This document shows, one piece after another, positions 1 to 8,901 of a stretch of DNA of 24,000 bases; the first letter of the stretch is position 1, and every line of letters begins with the position of its first letter. The stretch is from contig NZ_CP114583.1 of NCBI RefSeq assembly GCF_030550815.1, forward strand, positions 299,818-323,817, given 5' to 3'. The position numbers and the translations under genes are program-made. This DNA is from Candidatus Mycoplasma mahonii. Its GTDB lineage: Bacteria; Bacillota_I; Bacilli_A; Mycoplasmatales; Metamycoplasmataceae. The notes beneath the pieces were generated by a model, which saw nothing but the letters and a program-made list of their open reading frames with translations, did not search any database and was not told the DNA's origin.

Positions 1-2853
1 GATGGGGGAATTGTTGGGATAGTGGGTCCAAATGGTTCTGGTAAATCTAATATCAATGATGCCATTAAATGAGTGTTGGGAGAGACATCTGTTAAATCAC
101 TTCGTGGTGATTCTATGGAAGATGTTATTTTTGCTGGATCAAAGACTGTTAAAGCATTGGATCAAGCGTTTGTTTCACTTACTTTTGATAATTCTGACCA
201 GGCCGTTTCTTTAAGACATAAAATATTCACAATCACAAGAGCAATAAAAAGGGGTGGTGGAAGTAAATACTTTATTAATGGCGAAACAGCTAGATTAAAG
301 GATATTAAAGAAATAGCTATGGAATCAGGGATTAGCAAATCTTCACTTGCGATTATTTCACAAGGAACAGTATCTGATATATCACAAGCTAGCCCTGATC
401 AAAGAAGAGGCATCTTTGAAGAAGCTGCCGGTATTTCCAAGTATAAAAATAGAAAAAACGAAGCATTAAGAAAATTAGAAAAAACTTCAGAAGCGTTTGA
501 AAAAATCAAAACTGTTGTAAATGAGTTAGAAAGACAGTTAGTTCCCCTGAAAAAACAAGCTGACAAAGCAAGAGTCTATCTTGATAAGAAAAAAGAGCTT
601 AAAGATGTAGAAATAGGACTAATAGTTGAAGATATAACATTTTATTCTCAAAAATTACAAGAGTTAAACAGTGATTTAGAAAATGTGCTTGCCACAAAAG
701 ACGATCTTAATCATAGAATTGATAAAGCATCAGATTTAATGGAGTCAAAAACATCATATAAATTATCACTTGAAAATGAAATTATGGATCTGAATGCCAA
801 GTTTCAAGATATTTCGGAAAAGTTGAGAAATATAGAAGTTTCTGATTCACAATTGTCAGCTAAACGAAAAATGATCATTGATGGTTCTATATCATCAACA
901 AACGACGCTAAAATTGCAGCTATGAAAGCCGAATTAGATGTTTTAAGATCTAAAGTGCACCAATACAACTTATGAGAAGAAAAAGCCAAAATTGAGATCG
1001 ATGAAAAAAGATCATATATTTCAGATGTCCAAGCCAACATTTCTTCATTTAATATTGACGTGGAAAAATCCAAATCAGATTTATTAAGAGTGAAAACAAG
1101 AGTTTTAGTGTTAAAAGAATATCAAAGTAAAAAAACTAATTTATTCTCAGGAACTAAAGCTATTGTGGAAAATTCATCTATTTTCCCAGGTTTTCATGGT
1201 ATTGTCTCTAATCTTTTTGACGTTCAAACTGATTATAGAACTGCCATTGAAAGTATTTTGAATAATGCCCTACAAAACATTGTTGTAGCCAGGTCTGAAG
1301 ATGCTGTTAAATGTGTTAACTTTTTAAAGAAAAATAACGCTGGTCGAGCAACATTTATCCCTTTGGCATCCATTTCACCCAAGGGCATTAGACAAGAACA
1401 TATTCAAGTGATGAATTCATTAGAAGGATTTGTTGGTATTGCTCATGAATTAGTGGACGTTAAACCTCAATTTGAAATATTAAAGAAATTTATGCTTGGA
1501 AACATTATTATTGCTCAAAACATTCAATTTGCTAATGAAATTTCTAAAAAACTTGATAAAAGATACATGGTTGTGTCTCTAGATGGTGATGTTATTAGGG
1601 TGGGGGGTGTTATTTCTGGTGGTACAAAATCAAGAACAAAATCAATGCTTGGTGTTGAAGATCAAATTATGGCACTTGAATCAAATATCCCGCCTCTAGA
1701 AGCGGATATTCAAAGCAAAACAAGGCAGCTAAATCAATTATCTAATTCCATCAACGAAGATCATGCCTTTATTGCTGAATTAAACATTGAAACTGCCAAG
1801 ATTAGAGAAAAGCGTTCAATTGTTAACACTCAATTCTCAACACTTAAAAATGAATATGAAGCCTTAACACAAACAACGTTAGAGTTCAATGACGAAGTTA
1901 AAAGCATCGATTCAATTCAGACATTGGATGCTGAAAAATCGTCAATCCAGGCGCTTTTGAAAGCTAAAAGGAATACTGTGATTGATCATAACAACGTTTT
2001 AGCAAGAATTACTATTGAAAAAACAGAATTAGAGAAATCTATTCGGAAATTAATGGATGATTCTTCGGAAAAAATGTCTGAGAAAAATCAAGCCGAATAC
2101 ATTCTCAACTCCTCGAAAGAAAGATTGTCAGAAGAGTACGAAATTACTATTGAATCAGCTTCTGAGAAATATTCTTTAAAAATAGATAGAGAAGCAGCAA
2201 GAACCATCGTTTCCGGCCTAAGATCAGACATTAGAGAGCTTGGTAATGTTAATATTGATTCTATCCAGGATTATGATGAGGTTCATGCAAGACATGAAAG
2301 AATTGATGCTTCACGTGAAGAGCTATTCAATGCACAGCAAACTATTTTATCCGCCATTGATAAAATGGATGAAATCATCATTGCTCGGTTATCACAGACA
2401 GTTTTAGATGTTAATAAAGAAATGGACATTATCTTTAAAACGATGTTTGGAGGGGGCTTTGCTGAAGTTAAATTCATTGACCCTAATAATCCCCTTGAAA
2501 CTGGAATTGATGTCATTGCTCAACCTCCTGGCAAGACCGTGAAGAACCTTAAGTTATTTTCAGGCGGGGAGAAAGCATTAGTTGCTATTTCGCTTCTATT
2601 TGCTATTTTAAAGTCAAAGCCATTACCCTTATGTATTCTTGATGAAGTTGAAGCGGCGCTTGATGATGCTAATGTTATTAGATTTGCAGATTATTTACAA
2701 GAATTAAAAGCAGATACTCAATTCCTTGTTGTTACACACCGTGTAGGAACCATGTCAAGGGTGGATCATTTATTTGGTGCCACAATGCAACAAAGAGGTG
2801 TTACAAGTATGTTTACAGTTAACCTAAAAAAAGCTAACGAATTGATAAAATAA
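1..2853 (+). CDS. smc: Chromosome segregation ATPase SMC, 5'-partial (start lies upstream of the window)
   Basis: Frame 1 is continuous if TGA at 70-72 and 973-975 are Trp, which joins track ORFs 73..975 and 1060..2853. N-terminal Walker A GPNGSGKSNINDAIKW(TGA)VLGE, long heptad-rich coiled coil, hinge region (GFHGIVSNLFDV...NAGRATFIPL), C-terminal signature LSGGEKALVAISLLFAI and Walker B LCILDEVEAALD. Confidence 0.95.
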
Positions 2854-2998
2854 GAAATAAAGTGTTTCAGAAAATAACATATTTTATTAAATAGTTATTA
2901 GAATGTTAAAAACAGCTCTTTTTTAGTTGATTTATGCACTTTTTTAACTTATTTTAACATATTTTTTTTACTTATTATCTATTATTTATGAGCTTTCT

Positions 2999-3007
2999 TG
3001 GTATAAT
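2999..3007 (+). promoter_or_regulatory. Extended -10 promoter (TGgTATAAT) for the regulator-smr operon; leaderless geometry
   Basis: TGGTATAAT at 2999-3007. Only 6 nt (caatat) separate it from the ATG at 3014 and there is no Shine-Dalgarno. Confidence 0.5.
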
Positions 3008-3013
3008 CAATAT

Positions 3014-3673
3014 ATGAAAAAAATTGAAATAGTAGTAATAGCAAATGACAAAGAATTTATTAATAAAGCAGCGAAAGAATGAGAAAAATATTTTCAAATC
3101 GAATTGATTATAATTGAGCCGCATGAATTTGATTCTATTAAGAAAAAAAAGATAGATATTTTGTTTATCGAAAATAATTCTAAGGATATTTTCAAAATAA
3201 AATATCACAAAATGTTTAAAGACAGAAGCCATAGATTTAATTTAATTGCATTCAAAAAGGAACAACTTGAAGATGATAAAAATATATTTAAAAAATTATA
3301 TGACAGAATTGTTTATACTCACATTGAGGAACTTGCAATATTAGACACAATTGCAATTTTAAGACGACATTGGAACGCAAACTTTAAAGTTACAACGATT
3401 ATCTATAAGTCTATTGTTGCTGATTTTCTAGAAAATAAAATTTTCGTAGATGGTACTAAAGTTAGTCTTACTTCTAAAGAAACATCTTTATTAAAGTTTT
3501 TACTCTTAAATAAAAACAATTATATTTCCAAAAATGAATTATTTAGGAAAGTTTGAAACGTTAATGATTATGATCGCACAAGAGTTCTTGACCAAATTAT
3601 TTTTAAACTGAAAAACAAAATCGGGCGTAATTATTTCCATATCTCACGGAAAGAAGGAATCAAAATAATATAA
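3014..3673 (+). CDS. OmpR/PhoB-type winged-helix DNA-binding protein with a degenerate (pseudo-)receiver domain
   Basis: 219 codons in frame 2 with TGA 3080-3082 and 3554-3556 read as Trp; this extends track ORF 3104..3556 on both sides. The C-terminal part VSLTSKETSLLKFLLLNKNNYISKNELFRKVW(TGA)NVNDYDRTRVLDQIIFKLKNKIG fits the OmpR/PhoB trans_reg_C pattern LTxxExxLLxxL...sRxxLxxxVW...rxxDxxIxxLRxKi. The N-terminal ~115 aa has CheY-like beta/alpha periodicity ending in ...AILRRH. By eye alignment to E. coli OmpR, the acidic pocket DD, the conserved T and the conserved K are absent, and the phospho-acceptor position is Glu (IDILFIENN versus HLMVLDLML). Confidence 0.75.
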
Positions 3674-3891
3674 TGACAATAGATCTGCATGGCTACACCG
3701 AAGAAGAATCCATCCCTGTCATATTAGGGGCGTTTTTAGAGTTTGAATCTAATCCCGATTTAACAATTGAATTGATAACGGGGAATGGCTATGTTTTAAG
3801 AGATGTTGCAATTGAGTTAATTGAAGAAGAAGGTTTAGTGTGATCTTTACTTGGCAAAAACACTGGGGCATTAATGATTACTAAAAAATAG
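3673..3891 (+). CDS. Small Smr (MutS2-related) domain protein, 72 aa
   Basis: The ATG at 3673 overlaps the upstream TAA by 1 nt (TAATG). MTIDLHGYTEEESIPVILGAFLEF...IELITGNGYVLRDVAIELIEEEGLVW(TGA 3841-3843)SLLGKNTGALMITKK carries the Smr hallmark DLHG and a TGNG in place of the usual HGxG. It is absent from the ORF track because the in-frame TGA splits it into pieces below the track's apparent 60-aa minimum. Confidence 0.65.
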
Positions 3892-3896
3892 ACTAG

Positions 3897-3923
3897 TTAA
3901 ACCTGGAAAAAAATATTTTACAC
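3897..3923. repeat. IS left terminal inverted repeat
   Basis: The reverse complement matches 5114-5139 except for two 1-nt indels (an extra G at 5119 on the right, an extra A in the left A-run). The outermost TTAA is palindromic, so it could be IR sequence or a 4-bp target duplication. Confidence 0.8.
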
Positions 3924-3951
3924 TTCTAATATAAAAGGAGTGTATTTTTTT

Positions 3952-5119
3952 ATGACAAAACACAAAATAAGAGATCAATGAATCAGGTTATTCAAAGAAT
4001 ACGAATTAGAAACTATAAACTGGGTGATATATTTTGAAACATTAGGTTTAAAATAACATAGCATCGCAAGAAATAGACATGCAAGAACAATGGTCAATAA
4101 ACAAATGTATGCTAAAGCAAAATTTATTAATAAATATAAATTATGAATAATAAATGATAATTTATTCATGAACAACAAACATGAAAAAGAAGGTCAGAAA
4201 AAGAGATTAAAGAAGTTGTTTCTAAATTTAACAGATGAGGAATTAAAGAAAATTGCCAAAAGATACTTCGAGATAATTGAAGACAAAGATAAGAAACATG
4301 AAGCAAGTAGAATTAAAATAAATAATTCAAGAAAAACTTATATATATGGTTTATATAGAACTATTTTTTATAAAAAAGCAAACCTAAAATATATACATTC
4401 CATTATTTAAAAGATAAAATATTTAAAGTTTTCCATGAACACAAAAGTGTTTATGGCAGCATGATAATTGCTATGGAGTTAAAGGCTAGGGAGTTCATAA
4501 TCTCTGATAGAACCTTCAGAAACTACATGAATAGATGAAAATTAGAATGAACTACTAGAAAGAAGAAAAGAAAATCTGAAAATAAAAATACAACTGTTGA
4601 ATTTCAAGATCTCGTCAAAAGAAACTTTAATCCAGCAAAAGACAACATAATTACCACTGATGTCAGCTACATACCAGCAAAGTGTCACACAAAATTTTAT
4701 CTATTTGTGGTAATTAGTCATAAGAACAAATTAATAGAATCATATAAACTAAGTATGACAAATAATACTAAATTAGTTTCCGATACATTAGAAACATTAA
4801 CAACAAGGGAAAACATGATTGTGCACTCTGACCATGGGAGTCAATATAGCACAACGGATGCTAGAAGATTAAGCAAAAAAAAGAAATGCAAAATATCAAT
4901 GAGAAGAGTCGGCAATTCTCTAGATAATAGATAAGTTGAATATTTTTTGGAAACATAAAATCAGAATGCTTCAATCATTTACTGACACATAATTATTCTT
5001 TTGATAAAATCAAAATCATTATTGATGATTATATCAGGTGGTATAATACAAAACAATACAAAGTAGACTACAATGAAAAGCATCGACTCATGTCAATGCT
5101 TACGCAATCTAAAGTGTAG
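3952..5119 (+). pseudogene. IS3-family transposase OrfAB, disrupted
   Basis: orfA is in frame 1 from ATG 3952 with a premature TAA at 4054-4056, and continues to 4410. orfB is in frame 0 from about 4374 (KDKIFKVFHEHKSVYGS...HSDHGSQY...GNSLDNR) and is interrupted by TAA at 4932-4934. A 1-nt indel at the T6 run 4943-4948 then moves the conserved tail (ECFNHLLTHNYSFDKIKIIIDDYIRWYNTKQY...) into frame 2, ending at TAG 5117-5119. Confidence 0.8.
4372..4378 (+). other. A6G slippery run: candidate programmed -1 ribosomal frameshift site of the IS
   Basis: AAAAAAG lies exactly where the orfB frame (frame 0) opens (4374) and 33 nt before the orfA frame closes (4408-4410). The frame 1 to frame 0 change is a -1 shift, as in IS3-family OrfAB fusions. 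Confidence 0.55.
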
Positions 5120-5139
5120 AAATATTTTTCCAGGTTTAA
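5114..5139. repeat. IS right terminal inverted repeat
   Basis: See the left IR. It contains the transposase TAG (5117-5119) and, in its terminal TTAA, the ktrA stop codon on the other strand. Confidence 0.8.
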
Positions 5140-5870
5140 GTTGTCCATTTTTTTCTTCTAATTCTAGTTCTTGCTTTTGCAGTCTTTTCTAGCTTAATTA
5201 ACTTAGTAGCTTTACTTTCATCATTAAATGTTTGATATGCTTTTGTAATGGCTACTATTTTACCGACAATAGTAACAATGTCACCTTCTTGGAGAATGAA
5301 ATTACCATCAACAATGTGAACTCTAGTTCCTCTTTTAACAGAAACAATTTTAACTTGTTGTAGATGAAGATCTTTTACAGGTGTGCCTGTTAAGCTCGTA
5401 TCAGAGACCTCTGTTGAACCAATGGCATATCCATCACCAATCTCTTGTAATAATGAACTATATTTAATGAAATTAGCATTTGTAGCAATTAAGGCTGTTC
5501 TAATTCCCGCTTCAGCTTCGGGTCTAACAATAATATCAACCCCAATTTGTTCTAAAACTCTTTCATGCCGCTTTGATTTGGCTTTCGCAATAATATGTTT
5601 AACACCTAATTCTGATAAAGCAGCAACAATTTCAATATTGTCTTCAGCAGCAACAATAATTGTTTTAAATTTAGGAATACCAAGTTCTCTTAATGCACCA
5701 ATATCAGCAGCATCAGCAATTGCTGTCGTTGCGATTCTGGCTGGTTGGATCAACTTTCTTTCATCGATATCAATTGCTAATACGAATTTCTTCATTTCTA
5801 CTAATTGTTCAACAACAGATAATCCGAATTTCCCGACACCAATGACAGCTATATCTTTTTTATTGTTCAT
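5136..5870 (-). CDS. ktrA: K+ uptake system regulatory subunit KtrA/TrkA (RCK_N + RCK_C)
   Basis: 244 aa. The N-terminal Rossmann motif IAVIGVGKFGLSVVEQL...AIDIDE is typical of TrkA_N, and the C-terminal part (VKDLHLQQ...VSVKRG...GDIVTIVG) is TrkA_C-like. AAGGGGA Shine-Dalgarno upstream. It sits next to ktrB. Confidence 0.9.
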   Translation of the reverse strand: MNNKKDIAVIGVGKFGLSVVEQLVEMKKFVLAIDIDERKLIQPARIATTAIADAADIGALRELGIPKFKTIIVAAEDNIEIVAALSELGVKHIIAKAKSKRHERVLEQIGVDIIVRPEAEAGIRTALIATNANFIKYSSLLQEIGDGYAIGSTEVSDTSLTGTPVKDLHLQQVKIVSVKRGTRVHIVDGNFILQEGDIVTIVGKIVAITKAYQTFNDESKATKLIKLEKTAKARTRIRRKKWTT

Positions 5871-5896
5871 AAATCCCCTTATAATGTTATGAGGTA

Positions 5897-5902
5897 ATTA
5901 TA
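5897..5902 (-). promoter_or_regulatory. Candidate -10 box for ktrA
   Basis: TATAAT on the minus strand, about 27 nt upstream of the ATG and followed by the AAGGGGA SD. It overlaps a plus-strand TATAAT (5899-5904) in the 75-bp divergent control region. Confidence 0.35.
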
Positions 5903-5933
5903 ATAGAAATAAGAGTTTTTTTGTTTATTTTAG

Positions 5934-5939
5934 TATAAT
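5934..5939 (+). promoter_or_regulatory. -10 box for ktrB, leaderless geometry
   Basis: TATAAT, then 6 nt (tattaa), then ATG 5946. No SD. Confidence 0.5.
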
Positions 5940-5945
5940 TATTAA

Positions 5946-7484
5946 ATGAAAAAATATGGAAAAGATAAGAATTTATTAGTAAATATTAATAATAAATTGG
6001 CAAAATTATGGTTTGGTTTTAGGAGACTATCATTTGCGAAGCATATTATCTTTTTTTATTTTTTTATAACTTTGATTGGCTCACTGATCTTATTACTGCC
6101 AATATCTCGTAAAGTCGATGTGACATACATCAATTCTTTATTTACATCTGCTTCAGCTTTTTCTGACACAGGTTTAGTCACTATAACCACATCAGAAACA
6201 TGAACCTATTTTGGGCAAGCTGTTATTGCAGTTTTAATTTTAATTGGGGGTATGGGTTGATTTGCTCTGAAGGTATACTTATTTAGTATTATCTTCAAAA
6301 GGCCCATCTCCTTTAAAACGCGAGAGGTTCTTTCTGCCGAAAGAGGTTCAACAAAGATTGGATCAACAACACAACTGATCAAGATATCAATCACGGTAAT
6401 GTTTATTGTGATTATCGTTGCTTCAATTGTTTTAACATGTTATTTTTATTTTGTGCCAGTTGTTGGATCAAATAATCCGATTGCTAAACAAGATACAAAT
6501 AAAATGCTCCATCAAGTTACACAATCAGGATTTACCAATGGATCATCTCCATATGGAAATTTAGAAAACGCAATTAGATTTGGTATCTTCCATTCCATCT
6601 CTGCAATTAATAATGCTGGTTTTGACATTATGGGACGTAATTCAATTTCGCCTTATTATCACCACTATGGTATGCAAATTATCTTTATTGTGTTATTCAT
6701 TTTGGGCGGTATGGGATATCCGGTTATATATGATTTCTATTTATATATAACTAAAAAAATCAAAGGTGAAAGACATCTATTTTCACTTTTTTCCAAAATT
6801 TCATCTGCCACATATTTAATTATCGCTTTACTCTCAATCATTATTACCTTTTCGATTGAAGTAAATGCCAAAGATGCCTTTTGACACAATGATTACTATG
6901 GTTCTACTGGTGACAAAACTATGGCTTTGATTTTCAATACTCTTTCTACAAGAAATGCTGGATTCTCAACAATTGATATTCATTCGCTATCAAGTTCCAC
7001 ATTAATTGTTTTCTCCATATTAATGTTTATTGGTTCTGCTCCTTCTTCGACAGCTGGGGGAATCCGAACTACAACCATTGCTATTATCTTTATGAGTATT
7101 TGAGCTCGTATTAGAGGCAAAGACAATGTAATTGCCTTTAATAAACGTATTTCATCAAAAATTGTTTCGAAAGCCTTTATTGTTTTTGTGACTGCCTTTT
7201 TCCTAATTGTGCTTGCATCTATTATTACCGCCTCTTCATATCATGAACTGGATGGTAGGCAGCATACATTTACCGACATTGTCTTTGAGGTCACATCTGC
7301 CTTTGGAACAACAGGACTATCTACCGGGATCACGCCAAATCTCTCTGTAGGTGCGAAAATAACATTGATTATTGTCATGTTTATTGGACAATTAGGTGTC
7401 TCTTCATCATTGCTTGTATGAGGCGGAATAAAAAATAAAGGTAAAAGATATTCTCATATAAAAGAGGATATTACTATTGGCTAG
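5946..7484 (+). CDS. ktrB: K+ transporter membrane subunit KtrB/TrkH family
   Basis: 512 codons in frame 0, joining track ORFs 5946, 6399, 6921 and 7188 through five in-frame TGA codons (6201, 6258, 6882, 7101, 7419). Four pore-loop motifs typical of the family are present: SAFSDTGL, SAINNAGF, STRNAGF, SAFGTTGL. The protein is highly hydrophobic. True stop is TAG 7482-7484. Confidence 0.92.
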
Positions 7485-7511
7485 AATTTCATCATCTTTT
7501 TTCCTTATTTA

Positions 7512-7519
7512 TGTATAAT
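7512..7519 (+). promoter_or_regulatory. Extended -10 promoter (TGTATAAT) for the tRNA cluster
   Basis: TGTATAAT lies 22 nt upstream of the first tRNA. Confidence 0.5.
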
Positions 7520-7541
7520 TAATTAGCAAATAATTAGATGT

Positions 7542-7616
7542 GCCGGATTAGCTCAGCGGTAGAGCAGAGGACTGTTAATCCTTTGGTCACAAGTTCAAAT
7601 CTTGTATTCGGCGCCA
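7542..7616 (+). tRNA. trnN: tRNA-Asn (anticodon GTT), CCA encoded
   Basis: Cloverleaf by hand: acceptor GCCGGAT/ATTCGGC, D arm GCTC-AGCGGTA-GAGC, anticodon arm GAGGA-CTGTTAA-TCCTT, T arm ACAAG-TTCAAAT-CTTGT, discriminator G, CCA. Confidence 0.9.
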
Positions 7617-7620
7617 ATAA

Positions 7621-7696
7621 GGCCTATTGGTGAAGCGGTTAACACACATGGTTTTCATCCATGCATTCGCGGGTTCAAGTCCCGCATAGGTCACCA
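7621..7696 (+). tRNA. trnE: tRNA-Glu (anticodon TTC), CCA encoded
   Basis: Acceptor GGCCTAT/ATAGGTC, anticodon arm CATGG-TTTTCAT-CCATG, T arm GCGGG-TTCAAGT-CCCGC, ACCA end. Confidence 0.9.
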
Positions 7697-7700
7697 AAAT

Positions 7701-7776
7701 GCGAGATTAGCTCAGTTGGGAGAGCAACGCCCTTACAAGGCGTGGGTCGTGGGTTCGAGCCCCTCATCTCGTACCA
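7701..7776 (+). tRNA. trnV: tRNA-Val (anticodon TAC), CCA encoded
   Basis: Acceptor GCGAGAT/ATCTCGT (G1.T72 wobble as read), D arm GCTC-AGTTGGGA-GAGC, anticodon arm ACGCC-CTTACAA-GGCGT, T arm GTGGG-TTCGAGC-CCCTC (one T.T mismatch), ACCA. Confidence 0.85.
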
Positions 7777-7780
7777 TTTT

Positions 7781-7856
7781 GCTTGCTTAGCTCAGTTGGT
7801 AGAGCAACGGTCTTGTAAACCGTAGGTCGTAGGTTCGACTCCTATAGCAAGCACCA
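7781..7856 (+). tRNA. trnT: tRNA-Thr (anticodon TGT), CCA encoded
   Basis: Acceptor GCTTGCT/AGCAAGC, anticodon arm ACGGT-CTTGTAA-ACCGT, T arm GTAGG-TTCGACT-CCTAT, ACCA. Confidence 0.9.
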
Positions 7857-7864
7857 TTTTATTT

Positions 7865-7940
7865 GCGCTGTTAGCTCAGTAGGTAGAGCAGTTGGCTTTT
7901 AACCAATTGGTCAGAGGTTCAAATCCTCTACAGCGTACCA
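7865..7940 (+). tRNA. trnK: tRNA-Lys (anticodon TTT), CCA encoded
   Basis: Acceptor GCGCTGT/ACAGCGT (G1.T72 wobble as read), anticodon arm GTTGG-CTTTTAA-CCAAT, T arm AGAGG-TTCAAAT-CCTCT, ACCA. Confidence 0.88.
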
Positions 7941-7943
7941 TTT

Positions 7944-8026
7944 GCGCGAGTGGCGGAATTGGCAGACGCGCTGGTTTTAGGAACCAGTTCTTCGGAGTGA
8001 GGGTTCAAGTCCCTCTTCGCGCACCA
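7944..8026 (+). tRNA. trnL: tRNA-Leu (anticodon TAG), long variable arm, CCA encoded
   Basis: Acceptor GCGCGAG/TTCGCGC, anticodon arm CTGGT-TTTAGGA-ACCAG, class II variable arm (TTCTTCGGAGT), T arm GAGGG-TTCAAGT-CCCTC, ACCA. Confidence 0.88.
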
Positions 8027-8045
8027 TTTCACATTAGTGATCAAG

Positions 8046-8067
8046 ATACCATTTATGGTATTTTTTT
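8046..8067 (+). terminator. Weak intrinsic terminator after the tRNA cluster
   Basis: ATACCA-TTTA-TGGTAT hairpin followed by T7. The stem is short and AT-rich, so read-through into truB is plausible. Confidence 0.45.
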
Positions 8068-8070
8068 ATA

Positions 8071-8076
8071 TATAAT
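8071..8076 (+). promoter_or_regulatory. -10 box for truB, leaderless geometry
   Basis: TATAAT, then 6 nt (gagcat), then ATG 8083. No SD. Confidence 0.45.
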
Positions 8077-8082
8077 GAGCAT

Positions 8083-8901
8083 ATGTTTTATTTAATTGAC
8101 AAACCAAAAGGAATGACATCCTTCAAAACTATTAAACAATTTGCTCGCGATAATCATATTCAAAAAATTGGTCATACTGGGACATTAGATCCTTTAGCAA
8201 CAGGATTACTGCTAGTGGCCAGTGATGATGATACGAAGTTAATTGATTATATTGACAAAGGATTTAAAACTTACCACGCTTCTTTAGAGCTAGGCAAAAC
8301 TTCTGATACTTATGATGTTGATGGTAATATAACAATTACTAATCAAACCATCCCTGCAAAAGAATTAATTGTGGATACCATTAATTCTTTTGTTTGTAAG
8401 CAACAACAAATGCCACCCATCTTTTCCGCCAAGCAAGTTAATGGTCAAAGAGCTTATGATTTAGCTCGTAAAGACCAAGTTGTAGCATTAAAAAGTGTTG
8501 CTGTAGAAGTGAAATCAATTACCAACATTCATGTGGATAAAATTATTGAATTTGATATTGAAGTTTCCAGAGGTACTTATATCAGAAGCATCATTCATGA
8601 CTTAGGGACTAAGTTGGGATGTGGTGCAATCATGAGTGATCTAAGAAGAACCTCGATTGGTGATTTAACAACCGAAGATATTGGCAAGAAGATTAACATT
8701 TTTAAACTCTTAACTATTCCCATAATCAGGACTCCAGAAATGCAGGAATTAATTCAAGGTAAAAGAGTTAAAATAAAGAAAGAAGATGGTTTATATGCCT
8801 TGCAATATAAAGATGATATCTTTGGTATCGTAGAAGTTACCAACAATGTTTTAATTGGCAAAAAATTATTTGGTAATAAATTTAATCAAGAAAGGTTTTA
8901 A
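8083..8901 (+). CDS. truB: tRNA pseudouridine(55) synthase TruB
   Basis: LIDKPKGMTSFKTIKQFAR...KIGHTGTLDPLATGLLLVA contains the catalytic-Asp motif HxGTLDPxAxGxL. Followed by ribF and rpsO, a conserved neighbourhood. Confidence 0.93.
   Translation: MFYLIDKPKGMTSFKTIKQFARDNHIQKIGHTGTLDPLATGLLLVASDDDTKLIDYIDKGFKTYHASLELGKTSDTYDVDGNITITNQTIPAKELIVDTINSFVCKQQQMPPIFSAKQVNGQRAYDLARKDQVVALKSVAVEVKSITNIHVDKIIEFDIEVSRGTYIRSIIHDLGTKLGCGAIMSDLRRTSIGDLTTEDIGKKINIFKLLTIPIIRTPEMQELIQGKRVKIKKEDGLYALQYKDDIFGIVEVTNNVLIGKKLFGNKFNQERF

Larger units (their letters stand above)
3897..5139 (+). mobile_element. IS3-family insertion sequence (orfA / -1 frameshift / orfB organisation), transposase inactivated
   Basis: Imperfect terminal inverted repeats: 3897-3923 TTAAACCTGGAAAAAAATATTTTACAC and 5114-5139 GTGTAGAAATATTTTTCCAGGTTTAA. 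The internal two-frame transposase has an rve/DDE region (TTDVSYIP..., HSDHGSQY, SMRRVGNSLDNR). The element fills the whole gap between the smr stop (3891) and the ktrA stop (5136-5138). Confidence 0.85.

Noticed and set aside
1180-1200. TATTTTCCCAGGTTTT in smc resembling the IS right end (TATTTTTCCAGGTTTA)
   Set aside because: It lies inside the conserved smc frame (IFPGFHG) with no second repeat or IS sequence nearby, so it is a chance match.
804-2516. Minus-strand ORFs 804..1073 and 2283..2516
   Set aside because: They are antisense shadows inside the well-supported smc frame, with low-complexity composition and no start context.
2975-3232. Minus-strand 85-aa ORF
   Set aside because: It runs antisense across the promoter and 5' end of the OmpR-like gene. 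It is an AT-rich artefact (F/I/N/K-rich) with no SD.
3975-4178. Minus-strand 67-aa ORF inside the IS
   Set aside because: It is antisense to the transposase orfA frame, hydrophobic, and a low-complexity product of AT-rich sequence.
5383-5892. Plus-strand 169-aa ORF
   Set aside because: It is the mirror frame of ktrA. ktrA has clear family motifs and an SD, and this frame has neither.
7602-8095. ORFs 7602..7790 and 7892..8095
   Set aside because: They read straight through the tRNA genes. The G+C-rich tRNA sequence simply lacks stops.
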